Shown piece after piece: positions 29,808-40,087 of a stretch of DNA of 64,000 nt. The notes under the pieces were generated by a model, which saw only the letters and a program-made list of their open reading frames with translations, searched no databases and was not told the DNA's origin. Within the stretch, counting starts at the first letter, position 1; each line of letters starts with the position of its first letter. The stretch spans positions 1-64,000 of IMG/VR virus record IMGVR_UViG_3300043411_001170. One strand, given 5' to 3'. Position numbers and translations under genes: made by a program. Origin of the DNA: a virus.

Positions 29808-31373
29808 ATGATAGCTTCGGAAAACTGTACACAAAAGAAACTTTTATCTGGGATAAATAAATGTGAAGATTTACTGACTTCGTGTTACGGTCCAAGAGGT
29901 ACATCTGTTTTAATGGAATCTTTTGGACGTAGATACCTTACTAAGTATGGGTCACAAATACTAAGAGAGTTAGTATTTGAAGACCCTATAGAAGATATAG
30001 CTAGGCGATGTTTAGCAGATGTTTCTGTAAGAACAGAATCATTTTGTGGGGATGGTACAAAGACGGCTGTACTTCTACAATGCTCATTATATAAAACAAT
30101 GCGTAAATTGATAGTAGGAGGTATGTCAGAGAAAGAAGTATATGATAAAATCTCGACTATAAAAAATGAGATTATAGATAGAGTTAATAAAATGAAACTG
30201 GATATAGGAAGAGAGTCTTTACAAGATTTAATAGACTCCAAAATAGAAGATAGATCATTAGCATCCTTAGTAAAGGAAGCTTATTTTAAATCTGGTAGAG
30301 GAACCATGATTTCTATTGGGGATTCTAAAGGAATTGATCCCTATATAGAATTCAAAGAAGGATACACTACAGAAGATGTAATGATAAGCCGTGACTTTTT
30401 TAAATCCGATGTAAAATGTATCAAAGAAGGATGTCTAGTGGCAGTTACTCATTTACCTCTAATTAATATAGAGGACATTACACCCTTCTTACAATTTGCA
30501 TCAAAACACCCTATGCTAATCGTAGCTCCTTTTATATATGGAGATGCCTTCCGTACATTAATGATGAATAAAGAGAAGGGTGTTATAGATGGCATATGTG
30601 TTAGTATTTCTTCTGAGAATATTAGAAACGATATAGCAGCAATTACTAAATCCACGCTTCTCACAAGATTTGATTTAAAGGATGACTTCGACGTTGAATT
30701 ATTAGGATCATGTAAAGAAGTTATCGCTTCAAGTCAAGAGTCAACAGTGCTTGGAAAATTAGGGATATTAACTCATGATGCACATGAGGAAAATATCAGT
30801 AGATATCTTGTGAAATTAAAAAACGAAGCAGAAGCCACAGAATCTTCGTTTAGTAGGAGAGATATTCTTAGACGTATTTCTAAAATATCAGGGGGAATCT
30901 GTCAGATAAAGATAGGTGGTTTTACAGAACTTGAAAAGAAAGACAAAAGATCTAAATTGGAAAAGGTTTTATCGTCTATAGGATTATCTATAAAGACGGG
31001 AGTAGTTCCTGGTGGGAACACTTCTATACTTTATGCTTTTTTAGATCTAAAAGAAAAATATAAAAATGATGAATTAGGACTAGAATGTTTAAAAGCGTTC
31101 ATATCTCCAATCGCTAAATTATGTAGAATATCAAATAGTCATGTTTTAGACATACTGGATAGGAATAAAGAGAATTTTAGTGACTGGAAGGGTATTGATG
31201 TAAGCGGTGTAGAGTTAGAGATGAGAAATTTTAACGCAAAGCCTCTTATCTGTGATCCTTGTGGTGGGATGGTTTATATACTAAATATCGCATTATCGTC
31301 TGCCCTAGAACTTTCAAAATCAAGTGTATATGTAAGTAAGAAAAAGGGTAAAAATGAAACGAGAAAAAGGTGA
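29808..31373 (+). CDS. groEL: divergent GroEL-like chaperonin
   Basis: YGPRG, GDGTKTA, RISKISGGICQIKIGG.TE.E, GVVPGG. Confidence 0.9.
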   Translation: MIASENCTQKKLLSGINKCEDLLTSCYGPRGTSVLMESFGRRYLTKYGSQILRELVFEDPIEDIARRCLADVSVRTESFCGDGTKTAVLLQCSLYKTMRKLIVGGMSEKEVYDKISTIKNEIIDRVNKMKLDIGRESLQDLIDSKIEDRSLASLVKEAYFKSGRGTMISIGDSKGIDPYIEFKEGYTTEDVMISRDFFKSDVKCIKEGCLVAVTHLPLINIEDITPFLQFASKHPMLIVAPFIYGDAFRTLMMNKEKGVIDGICVSISSENIRNDIAAITKSTLLTRFDLKDDFDVELLGSCKEVIASSQESTVLGKLGILTHDAHEENISRYLVKLKNEAEATESSFSRRDILRRISKISGGICQIKIGGFTELEKKDKRSKLEKVLSSIGLSIKTGVVPGGNTSILYAFLDLKEKYKNDELGLECLKAFISPIAKLCRISNSHVLDILDRNKENFSDWKGIDVSGVELEMRNFNAKPLICDPCGGMVYILNIALSSALELSKSSVYVSKKKGKNETRKR

Positions 31374-31740
31374 TAATAGTGGAACTTTTTGTGTCGAAGT
31401 TTGGATAACCTTATCAAAGGATAATAAAACGTCTAGCTGTCATATACTAAGAAAAGAAGATCAGCTTATTTGTCAGGATTTACCTTTTCATGGTGAGACT
31501 CTAATTTTACAGGGTCTTAGCCAAGAATCTGTGAAGAGGGAAATTTACTATGACCTACTAACCCGTTTGACAGAAGACGCTCATTTAATAGCAAAGGTTG
31601 CAGCCGACCCTGTGTTTAGAGTGTCATTAAATGATAAAATAAAAGAGTCTGTTATAAAGCAGATAGTAGATAGTGTAAAATCACAAACTATAGATTCTGT
31701 GATAGACGAGTTTATAAAGCGAACCAAACAAGGTCGTTGA
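31354..31740 (+). CDS. hypothetical protein
   Basis: 128 aa ORF overlapping the groEL end. Confidence 0.6.
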   Translation: MKREKGDNSGTFCVEVWITLSKDNKTSSCHILRKEDQLICQDLPFHGETLILQGLSQESVKREIYYDLLTRLTEDAHLIAKVAADPVFRVSLNDKIKESVIKQIVDSVKSQTIDSVIDEFIKRTKQGR

Positions 31741-31817
31741 TTATCTAATTTTTTTATAAAATTGATTGACAGAGACTTTTAAAGTATTTCTGCATTTTTT
31801 GTTTTTAAGAGGAATCA

Positions 31818-34800
31818 ATGTTAGATAAAAACCAAATTAATAAAATGGCTTCACTACACAGCCTTCTAACAAATGTAAGAAGAGATATCGCTTCTTTAAT
31901 GAAGGAACACCACAATATCGAAGACTCTCTCGACACATTAGAAAATCAAGAAATCGTAAGTGGTGTCAAAAAAGCCTCTCTATTACCTCAAAAAGCAAAA
32001 ATCAATAAGTCTAAAACAGAGATAACAAATAAAATTGCTTCCCTAGTAAAGCAGGCTTCTACTTTACAAGCAAAAAATGATAGAGCACTACGTCTGATGT
32101 TCTTGGACGGTGCATATGCCTACATGTCAAATCCAGCAGCTATGGAAAAATTATTAGATCTCGTTAATGATCTAATGGTAGCTGATAAAAAGCGCGCACA
32201 AGACGCTGATGATGATTTAGAAGTAGACGAGCAAGGAAATGCGTACAATAAAAAAAGCGTAGAATACGCAGAAATTGTTAACCAACTATCGGATCGTGCC
32301 AATTTCAGCAAATATAAAGTATTCTCCAGAGGTCCGTCATTTCCTGGAATTATTAACAATTCGGGTGAGTCAGAAGCAACTAAGTCCCAAATAAATGATA
32401 AACTAAAAGATCTTAATAGTTTATTAGATAATACTTTAATGCAGGCTAGTACAGCCATAGATAAATTTAGAGATACATCAAGTGTTCGCAATAGGCAGCA
32501 ATTTGATGATAAAATAGCTGATGAGATTAAAAATCTTGAAAAATCTTTGGCCTCTCTTAATAAGAAAAAAGACGCATTAAAGAAAGAAATTGATAAGGTT
32601 GAAAATATTCTTGTTAATGAGAATGAAGATAAAGAAAAACACGCTTTGACAATGAATTTTATCAATGATAAATTCAAGAAATATGTTACAGATGCAAATG
32701 AACTTTTTGAAATTTTAGAAGAAGGTATTAAGCAGTTAGGCGAAGATAAAGTAGACGAGGCTTTTTTAGCAGACCATAGAGACATCTTAAAGAAAAGTAT
32801 TGCGTCTATCATTCAGCATATAGACGTAGGAATTAGACCTACACCAAAATCATCAAATCCAAAAGTGTTTAAATCATATAACCCAAATGCATTTGAAGAG
32901 AACGATGTAACCAAGCTTCGTTTGATCATTTTCTTAGACAGACTTGTAAAGAAGCTAAATATTAATATTGCTTTAGTATCAGTAACAGTTACTGACTATA
33001 TTACAGGAACACAAGAAGATAGTTTGGCAACTATCAAATACACTCCTACAGGTAGTTTCGATAATACCAACTTGAGCAGTAGAGAAGCTGCTGCATTAAA
33101 AGTAAAAATTAATGAGTTGGTTCAGTTAGGTAAAGGTACAAAACTAGGAATACTTGAAAGTGATTCCAGAATATTCGCTGCATTTAAAGAACTTACAGGT
33201 TTCACAGACGATAAAACAAAAGACTTATCTCAAGCACAAAAAGAAAGTTATGCAGCATGGGTTACATCTTGGTTAGGTCGTGTAGATCAGGGATGGTACA
33301 GAAATATCATGTCAGCTATTTCTGGCTATACTAAAAACCTAAAAACATCTTACTTAGACAGTGAAGACGTTTATCAGACTCTATTTTTCGGTGTTTCAAA
33401 AACACAACAAGAGAGATTGAGAAGCGTACAAGAATCTTCTACAGAGGTAGCAGATTTTTATATCGACCCTTTATTCCTTGCTGGACTTTTAACTTGCAGT
33501 AAGAAAAGCAGAGGAATTGATCTTGTTAAAGACACTCCTATTTTAAAGAGTGTTGTTGGTGTGGTCGGAAAAGAATATCTATGGTCTGATAAAGGAAATA
33601 AATTATCTTTTATTTTCCCAAATAACCAAGCTATTTTAAAGTTTATTAACAAGAAAACCAATAAAATTGCTGGTTCTTTAATTCGTAAGCGAAGCGAGTT
33701 AACAATGTACAAGATTGTAGAATCTGACACATTGATGACTCCACGTGACTATCGTTCTTACATCGAAGGATTATTAATTAGAGAAGGGAAATTAACTAAG
33801 ACCACGACACCAAAAGATAAGAAATCTTTAATTACTAAGAAAAGAGAAGAATTAGAAGATAAGAATAAGATTAAAGAAATCCGTGTGAAGATGTATGAGG
33901 CATCTATCGATGCTCCTATAACAGGACAAGATGGAACCACATTTGATGATTCTGGGGCAGGAAGAATTGAAGATGTAAGTAACTCTCTATCCGACATGGG
34001 TGGATTAAAGGGAACTTTTGAATATCAAGACACCTTAACAAGTGCAAGTATTTTTGATAAAGGGGGTTACTCTATTAATCAAATTTATTTGGACATGTTA
34101 AGCGGTGATAAAACACGTTTAATGAGTTTAGTGGACTCTTACCAAGACAGAATCGTAGACCTATTAAATAGAAATCCGACAGTTAAAGAAAGTCTCACAG
34201 ATTCGTTGTCTGGAATTATTCCTGACTATGTGAGACACTCTGATAATCTATTTACATCAAAGAACGTAACGTTCTACCGTAATCAGGTACGTAGTCGTAT
34301 AAATTCGGCATTAATTCCAAAGAAAAGAATGGAATTACATGTGAATAAATTAAAAATGAATGCCATATTAGCCGCAGAAGAAGTATTTGAGGGTAATGAC
34401 GAATGGCTCAGAGATGAGTTAAAGAAAATCGATCCTCAAGCTCTTTCTTTTGCAGGATTAACGAGAATTCTAACAAGTAACGAATATAACGATCCACGAT
34501 CCCCAGAAGATAATAAACTAGTAAAGTTAGAAAAATTACTAGAGGAAGTAAGCAACCAGGATCTCACATCTACTGTTGCAGATTTAAATAAAGAGTATGA
34601 TGAACAATTAAAGAAATCTACAGATACAAAGTATCAACTAGATACGGTACAAAAACTCATTAAGACTCTTGAAATAAAGAAAGATGGTAAGTGGGACGTA
34701 AGCCAGATTTCTGCCATCAGAAATTATTTTAAAACTCCTGCTTTCGCATATTCTTCTGGAAAATTATTGGGACTTAGTGACGCCGAGATTTTTGACAAGA

Positions 34801-37800
34801 TTAGTAATTTAGAAATGTCAGATCTTGTCAAAATAAAGTCGGAATTAGAACAGTCCTATAAAACAGAATCTGAAGCCGCAAAGAAACAAAGAGCAGAAAT
34901 CTTCCGTTTATCGGACGAACAGAGAGCATTAAAAAGAAGACAAGAGGTTCTTAATAAGTTGTTAGATCTGTCCGTAGAAATGGGCGTATCGAGAGTAAAT
35001 GCAAAGGATGTCATTTATGATCTAAAGACACCCACTGAATTACAGAAAGATTTGGCTATTGCCAACTCAAATCTAAAGAAAACATTACTATCTATCGCTT
35101 CTGTAGAAGAACAAATCTCTGTCGAAGAAGATACTTTTAATAGAAAATCCTTAGAGATACACTTAGAAGGAATTAGACACATTGAGAAAAGACAATTAGA
35201 AATAAAAGAAAAATTAGAGCAAGATTTAGAAAAAAGAAAAGTCCAGTATGAAGCAGAATCTGCGGCTGTAAAAATACAAAAAGCCTTAAAGAAGAATAGA
35301 TACGAAAAGATCTTAGATCAAGAGTCTTTTGATTACAAAATTCAAAATAAGATAAATGAGTTGGAAGAACTCAGACTACAACATTTTGATGATCCAAATG
35401 ACGAGGCTAGGAGATTAGAGAAGATAAAGAAACTTGATTTAACTATTAAGGATATGAAAATCCAATCGAGAAGCATAAATGTTAATATTATGCGAAATAT
35501 GTCTGATGAAATGGATGCTCTTGCAAAAGATTATGATAACAAATCTGATCTTCCAAAAGCACAAGATAACTACAAGGCTGTAGTAGACTATCTTAATAGT
35601 ATTATTAAGAAGCTTGTGCGTTTTGAGGGTGATAATAGTCATATCCGTGATAAAATAGAAACTCGTGATAAGTTAGATAACTTAGTTAAAGAACTAGGTA
35701 ATAAAGATGGAAAATGGACTCCGTCTCAATATACTATTTTACGAAAATATCTATTGGAAAACACCAATAGACTAGACAATAAGACTACAGAGCAGCAGAT
35801 TGCAGAGTTAGACAACTATAGCACTAAGCAATTTAAAACTGAGCATGACACTCTGAAATCACAAATCGAAGACGAAGAGAAGAAGACAGAAGCAGATACT
35901 AGAGATGCCTATGTTTCTCGTTATAGAGAGATGAGAAAGAATGCTCAAGATGAATCGGCAATTCATTTGCGTTATGCTTCACCTAAAGTAATTTTTGCAA
36001 AAATTGAAGAATTACTAAAGCAGTCAAAAGATAAGTCTAAAATTCCTGCCTTGGAAGGTGAATTTGCAGAAATGACTAATCTTACATCCCTTGGTGACGA
36101 TGGGATTAACGTTAAGACCTATAACAAGATATATACTCTAATGGAATCCGTATGGTCACAGATCTATGTAAGATCTGCTATGATCGAAAAGAATAATATG
36201 GAGAGTAAATTAAATAGTCTTCTCGATAAAAAAGATCAGATGGAAGAAGAGAAGGCAAGCATGGAAGCTGATAAGTCTGTATCAAAAGAAGATATGAAGA
36301 GACACCTGTCTAGTATGGAAGATCTACAGAGATCAATTAAAAAAGTTGAAAAGCACTTAGAAGATTTTTCAACTAAAACAGGAATTTCTTCACAGATTGA
36401 GGATAAGGACAAAGAAGCCAGCATTATCGAGCTTGTCAAGAATATGGAGCAGTATATCGCCTATATTTCTGGATCTGCTCCATTGCTACTAAAGAAAGTT
36501 CCTAAAAAGGAATTGGATATCTATAGAGATATTCACAGAAAGGCTATTAAAACAGCACCTAATTTGATGTCTCTATTTGAGGGTAGAATAGAAACTCTTA
36601 GAAATAAACATGTTTCTGTTCTTTACGGAGATATCAAAAAGAAACTGCTTACAGACGGTTTAAATATAGATTCTAATATCATCAAATTGCATACCATCTC
36701 TGATGTATTTAGTGATTACGATAATGCTATCACAATGAATGCCAATATTATGGCATCTTCTGAAGTTATTCGTAATAGCATGAAACATCTATTAACAAGT
36801 GATGATGTAAAAATTGAAAGTAACAATGACGCATTAGCAAGAAAGTTATGGGATTTTTACTTTGAATTAATCAAAGTATCTGGAGATGAAGCTTTACATG
36901 TAAAAGACATTGATGATAGATTACAGGAAATAGATGCAAGAATCTCTGTAAATGAAGGGGAAATAAGGAAAATTATTGAAGCTGTTGGAAAAGATCTTAA
37001 AGAAACAACTGACCCCACAATTCAAGTTATTGTGGATAAAATAAATAGATCTGAAAAAGGCATAGAATTACCTAAAACTGACTTTAATTTAGATCCAGAA
37101 AAAAAGAATAGTTTAGTTTCTATGTTGCTCCGTCTAAAAGACGAAAGGGTCAAGTTATTAGAAGAAAGAAGAATGGAGAACATTACTAAAACATCTCTCA
37201 ATGGTTTAAGAAGATTGCAAAATATCTGGAGAATCTCACAAATACCCAATAAGCATTTCAAAGATAAAATCTCCAAGACGGTAAAGGGTACAAGTGGTTC
37301 CTTAGATGTCGGTGAAGACAAATATAATGAAGAATATTACAAGAACTTACTAGCTATACTAGAAGGTGACGTTGATCCTTGGACAAAAGGATTCACAGAG
37401 ATACTACTAGAAAAGAGAAAAGAGGACGCTAGACAAGATAACAGAGAAGCAGAAGAAGATAATGAAGATGAGTCAACGGGTTCACAATTTGTAAATAAAC
37501 GAATTGCCACCGTTGTTTGTGAAGCATTACGAGTATTTGCTGGAAAATCTATGGTGAAAAATGAGCAGAATAAAATGCAGGAAGCTGGATGGGTAGAATG
37601 GATTCGTAAAGATCCCAAAAAGCAAAAATCTATCGGTTCGGCTTTATTTAATATCATCAAAAAAGCTGAAAATATTAGAAAATTTGTATTAGCTGGAAAG
37701 AATAATTCCGAAGAAAATAGCTTATTAAATAAGCTTATTTCTTTACCTACTCCAAAATCATTGTTATCCGACACTGGAAAAAGAGAACCTGATTTAACTC

Positions 37801-40061
37801 AAAGAGAAAAGGCAGAAGCTGCAAAAAGCCGTAAATTGTCTGATGCCGATTTTAAGATGCTTGATAATTATTTAGCTATGATGCGTCCTGCTGGAAGTGT
37901 TCCAGACAGAATACAGACAATTATGGGAGAGCGAGCTAGAGCTATTTTTAATCCAAAAACAGCTATTCAATCGATCTATAAATATCTCCCTTCTCTACCT
38001 GTACAGTTTGGATTTATTAATGAAACGCTTTCACAATCTTCCGACACATTAATGCAAACTAATAGAAAGAAGAAAGCGAAAGAACAACAGGTAAAAGTCC
38101 GTTATTACTTGGATGGTACAGTAGAATCAACTATACAAGAAAAAAGAACTAGAGGTAAGTTCGGCCTTACTCAATTAAATGCCTTAAAGGGTTCTTTTAT
38201 TGGTAGTTCCTTCAGTAACGCCATAGCCGTAGCTAAAGTTACAGATAGTTTATTTGACAGTGGATTATTTGTAGATGAAATACTTGATAGATATTCAGGT
38301 ATCGGAATGGTAATGAATATCGGAAATAAAGAAGCGCAGAATTATTTCAAAAAACCCGATGCCTTTACTATGTCAGACTTTAACATAGATATTAGAAGTC
38401 TGCAAGAAGCCTATAGAATGTCCGAGGGGATTATAACAGACGAGGTAAAAGAGATTACACGTAAAATCATTACTTCATTCGGTGAAGTAACAAATGAAAA
38501 AGATCGTGATGCACTTATTAACCTCAATAGATCTCTCATTGAATTAGGAAAAGTATCTCCTACAGAAAACACAGACGGATTCCTAAGACAACATCTTGGG
38601 ATGGGTAATACGGACATTGAAGGAAATAAAGTTGGTTTTTTCTATGACCTGTATAAGGATACCGATATGTTGTCTCCTGAAGCAGGAAGAGTCATGAGCC
38701 AACTAAATTGTTTCTTTATTCAAAAAAAGAAGGGGAAGACTAAGCCTATTTGTTTATTTAATATGAACAAAATACCTAAGAATTTAAAAACATTATCGAA
38801 AGTAAGAATTGAGCTTTTAGCGCTAACAGAGAAGTATGAAAACGAAGTCGTTGATCTTAATCAAATGATTAAGGCAGCCAGAATTGAGAAAGGAAAAACA
38901 AGTACTACAAATAAAAGGGATGTAGCCAGCTATATTGCATCTTTAGTAGAGGCTAAAAGAAAACTCGTAAGAAATATCTTGGATGTAAAATATATTCTAG
39001 ATAAAAGAGGTGCAGGAGAGTACTGCAATACAAAAATTGCAGAATTAAACAGGGAATATGCAATTTTAGAAGAAGATCAAAAAAATAATCCCTTGGAAGC
39101 AAGGGCAGATACTATGAAAGATCTTCAATTAGAAATCCAAGTATACAATGGAGAAAAAACAGCTATTGGAAAATATTTAGCAGTGAGAACAGCAGAATAT
39201 GAAGACACGAAGAAAAAAGAAATAAAGAAATATGGTACTTCTGTGTCCAAGCTAAAGACTTATGATCTTGAAGATATGATTTCGGAAGTAAACACTAAAT
39301 ATACTTCTGTCTTCAATGCTTATAATCTAATAGACCCATCTATTGTACAATCAGAGTGGAATCTTGTAAAACAAGAAAAGAAGCTACGAGAGATGAGAAT
39401 ACCTATCACCTTTAACTTAGACAAAGACATTAATGTCAGTAATTTTATAGAAGAGGAGATGGAAAGATTTAAATCCTTACTTACAAATGAAGAAGATGAA
39501 AATGCAAATGTACAAGATATATTGAGAAGCCACAAAAATTACATAACAAAACTATACAAAGAAGCTATTGTAACAGTTGCCTTATCTCTAAATGGAAATA
39601 GAGAATATGAAGTCGATCTAAAGAGTCGGGAAGTTAATAGAATACTATATGTAGACGAAATGGTTTCATTCTTTGCTAGTGTAAATCCTGTCATAGACGA
39701 ACTATATAATCTAAAACAAAAAACGGATAGTATTATAAATACCCTAAAGGACGTATTACCTGTACTTTCTGATTACAATACATCAGATAAAAATAAACTA
39801 TATGAAGTCGTAAAGAATGAACTCATCAGAGAAAGTGGCGGTGACATCACAGATGAAGATATTGAAGATAACAAAGAATATCAAAATGAAATCTATTTCC
39901 GAATGAATCAAATAATGACAGGAAAGACGGCTAGAAATGAGAATTTCATCAGATATTTAAAAGAAGCTATTTCTGAGTATGGCGGTTCAGCCGTTAACTC
40001 TATATCTGCATATGCAAATGAATCTTTCTCGACTCTAAAAAAGATCGTACAAAAAGTATAA
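31818..40061 (+). CDS. giant helical/coiled-coil protein (2747 aa), putative internal virion protein
   Basis: uninterrupted ORF with GAGG RBS; four KxAS motifs in the first 81 aa. Confidence 0.75.
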   Translation: MLDKNQINKMASLHSLLTNVRRDIASLMKEHHNIEDSLDTLENQEIVSGVKKASLLPQKAKINKSKTEITNKIASLVKQASTLQAKNDRALRLMFLDGAYAYMSNPAAMEKLLDLVNDLMVADKKRAQDADDDLEVDEQGNAYNKKSVEYAEIVNQLSDRANFSKYKVFSRGPSFPGIINNSGESEATKSQINDKLKDLNSLLDNTLMQASTAIDKFRDTSSVRNRQQFDDKIADEIKNLEKSLASLNKKKDALKKEIDKVENILVNENEDKEKHALTMNFINDKFKKYVTDANELFEILEEGIKQLGEDKVDEAFLADHRDILKKSIASIIQHIDVGIRPTPKSSNPKVFKSYNPNAFEENDVTKLRLIIFLDRLVKKLNINIALVSVTVTDYITGTQEDSLATIKYTPTGSFDNTNLSSREAAALKVKINELVQLGKGTKLGILESDSRIFAAFKELTGFTDDKTKDLSQAQKESYAAWVTSWLGRVDQGWYRNIMSAISGYTKNLKTSYLDSEDVYQTLFFGVSKTQQERLRSVQESSTEVADFYIDPLFLAGLLTCSKKSRGIDLVKDTPILKSVVGVVGKEYLWSDKGNKLSFIFPNNQAILKFINKKTNKIAGSLIRKRSELTMYKIVESDTLMTPRDYRSYIEGLLIREGKLTKTTTPKDKKSLITKKREELEDKNKIKEIRVKMYEASIDAPITGQDGTTFDDSGAGRIEDVSNSLSDMGGLKGTFEYQDTLTSASIFDKGGYSINQIYLDMLSGDKTRLMSLVDSYQDRIVDLLNRNPTVKESLTDSLSGIIPDYVRHSDNLFTSKNVTFYRNQVRSRINSALIPKKRMELHVNKLKMNAILAAEEVFEGNDEWLRDELKKIDPQALSFAGLTRILTSNEYNDPRSPEDNKLVKLEKLLEEVSNQDLTSTVADLNKEYDEQLKKSTDTKYQLDTVQKLIKTLEIKKDGKWDVSQISAIRNYFKTPAFAYSSGKLLGLSDAEIFDKISNLEMSDLVKIKSELEQSYKTESEAAKKQRAEIFRLSDEQRALKRRQEVLNKLLDLSVEMGVSRVNAKDVIYDLKTPTELQKDLAIANSNLKKTLLSIASVEEQISVEEDTFNRKSLEIHLEGIRHIEKRQLEIKEKLEQDLEKRKVQYEAESAAVKIQKALKKNRYEKILDQESFDYKIQNKINELEELRLQHFDDPNDEARRLEKIKKLDLTIKDMKIQSRSINVNIMRNMSDEMDALAKDYDNKSDLPKAQDNYKAVVDYLNSIIKKLVRFEGDNSHIRDKIETRDKLDNLVKELGNKDGKWTPSQYTILRKYLLENTNRLDNKTTEQQIAELDNYSTKQFKTEHDTLKSQIEDEEKKTEADTRDAYVSRYREMRKNAQDESAIHLRYASPKVIFAKIEELLKQSKDKSKIPALEGEFAEMTNLTSLGDDGINVKTYNKIYTLMESVWSQIYVRSAMIEKNNMESKLNSLLDKKDQMEEEKASMEADKSVSKEDMKRHLSSMEDLQRSIKKVEKHLEDFSTKTGISSQIEDKDKEASIIELVKNMEQYIAYISGSAPLLLKKVPKKELDIYRDIHRKAIKTAPNLMSLFEGRIETLRNKHVSVLYGDIKKKLLTDGLNIDSNIIKLHTISDVFSDYDNAITMNANIMASSEVIRNSMKHLLTSDDVKIESNNDALARKLWDFYFELIKVSGDEALHVKDIDDRLQEIDARISVNEGEIRKIIEAVGKDLKETTDPTIQVIVDKINRSEKGIELPKTDFNLDPEKKNSLVSMLLRLKDERVKLLEERRMENITKTSLNGLRRLQNIWRISQIPNKHFKDKISKTVKGTSGSLDVGEDKYNEEYYKNLLAILEGDVDPWTKGFTEILLEKRKEDARQDNREAEEDNEDESTGSQFVNKRIATVVCEALRVFAGKSMVKNEQNKMQEAGWVEWIRKDPKKQKSIGSALFNIIKKAENIRKFVLAGKNNSEENSLLNKLISLPTPKSLLSDTGKREPDLTQREKAEAAKSRKLSDADFKMLDNYLAMMRPAGSVPDRIQTIMGERARAIFNPKTAIQSIYKYLPSLPVQFGFINETLSQSSDTLMQTNRKKKAKEQQVKVRYYLDGTVESTIQEKRTRGKFGLTQLNALKGSFIGSSFSNAIAVAKVTDSLFDSGLFVDEILDRYSGIGMVMNIGNKEAQNYFKKPDAFTMSDFNIDIRSLQEAYRMSEGIITDEVKEITRKIITSFGEVTNEKDRDALINLNRSLIELGKVSPTENTDGFLRQHLGMGNTDIEGNKVGFFYDLYKDTDMLSPEAGRVMSQLNCFFIQKKKGKTKPICLFNMNKIPKNLKTLSKVRIELLALTEKYENEVVDLNQMIKAARIEKGKTSTTNKRDVASYIASLVEAKRKLVRNILDVKYILDKRGAGEYCNTKIAELNREYAILEEDQKNNPLEARADTMKDLQLEIQVYNGEKTAIGKYLAVRTAEYEDTKKKEIKKYGTSVSKLKTYDLEDMISEVNTKYTSVFNAYNLIDPSIVQSEWNLVKQEKKLREMRIPITFNLDKDINVSNFIEEEMERFKSLLTNEEDENANVQDILRSHKNYITKLYKEAIVTVALSLNGNREYEVDLKSREVNRILYVDEMVSFFASVNPVIDELYNLKQKTDSIINTLKDVLPVLSDYNTSDKNKLYEVVKNELIRESGGDITDEDIEDNKEYQNEIYFRMNQIMTGKTARNENFIRYLKEAISEYGGSAVNSISAYANESFSTLKKIVQKV

Positions 40062-40087
40062 TATAAAAATAGGTTAAGAGGTTTATT

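Noticed and set aside
31818-40061. Tape measure protein or virion RNA polymerase call for the giant ORF
   Set aside because: Highly charged rather than Ala/Gly-rich, no TM or TMP repeats, and no DxDGD or other RNAP catalytic motif seen
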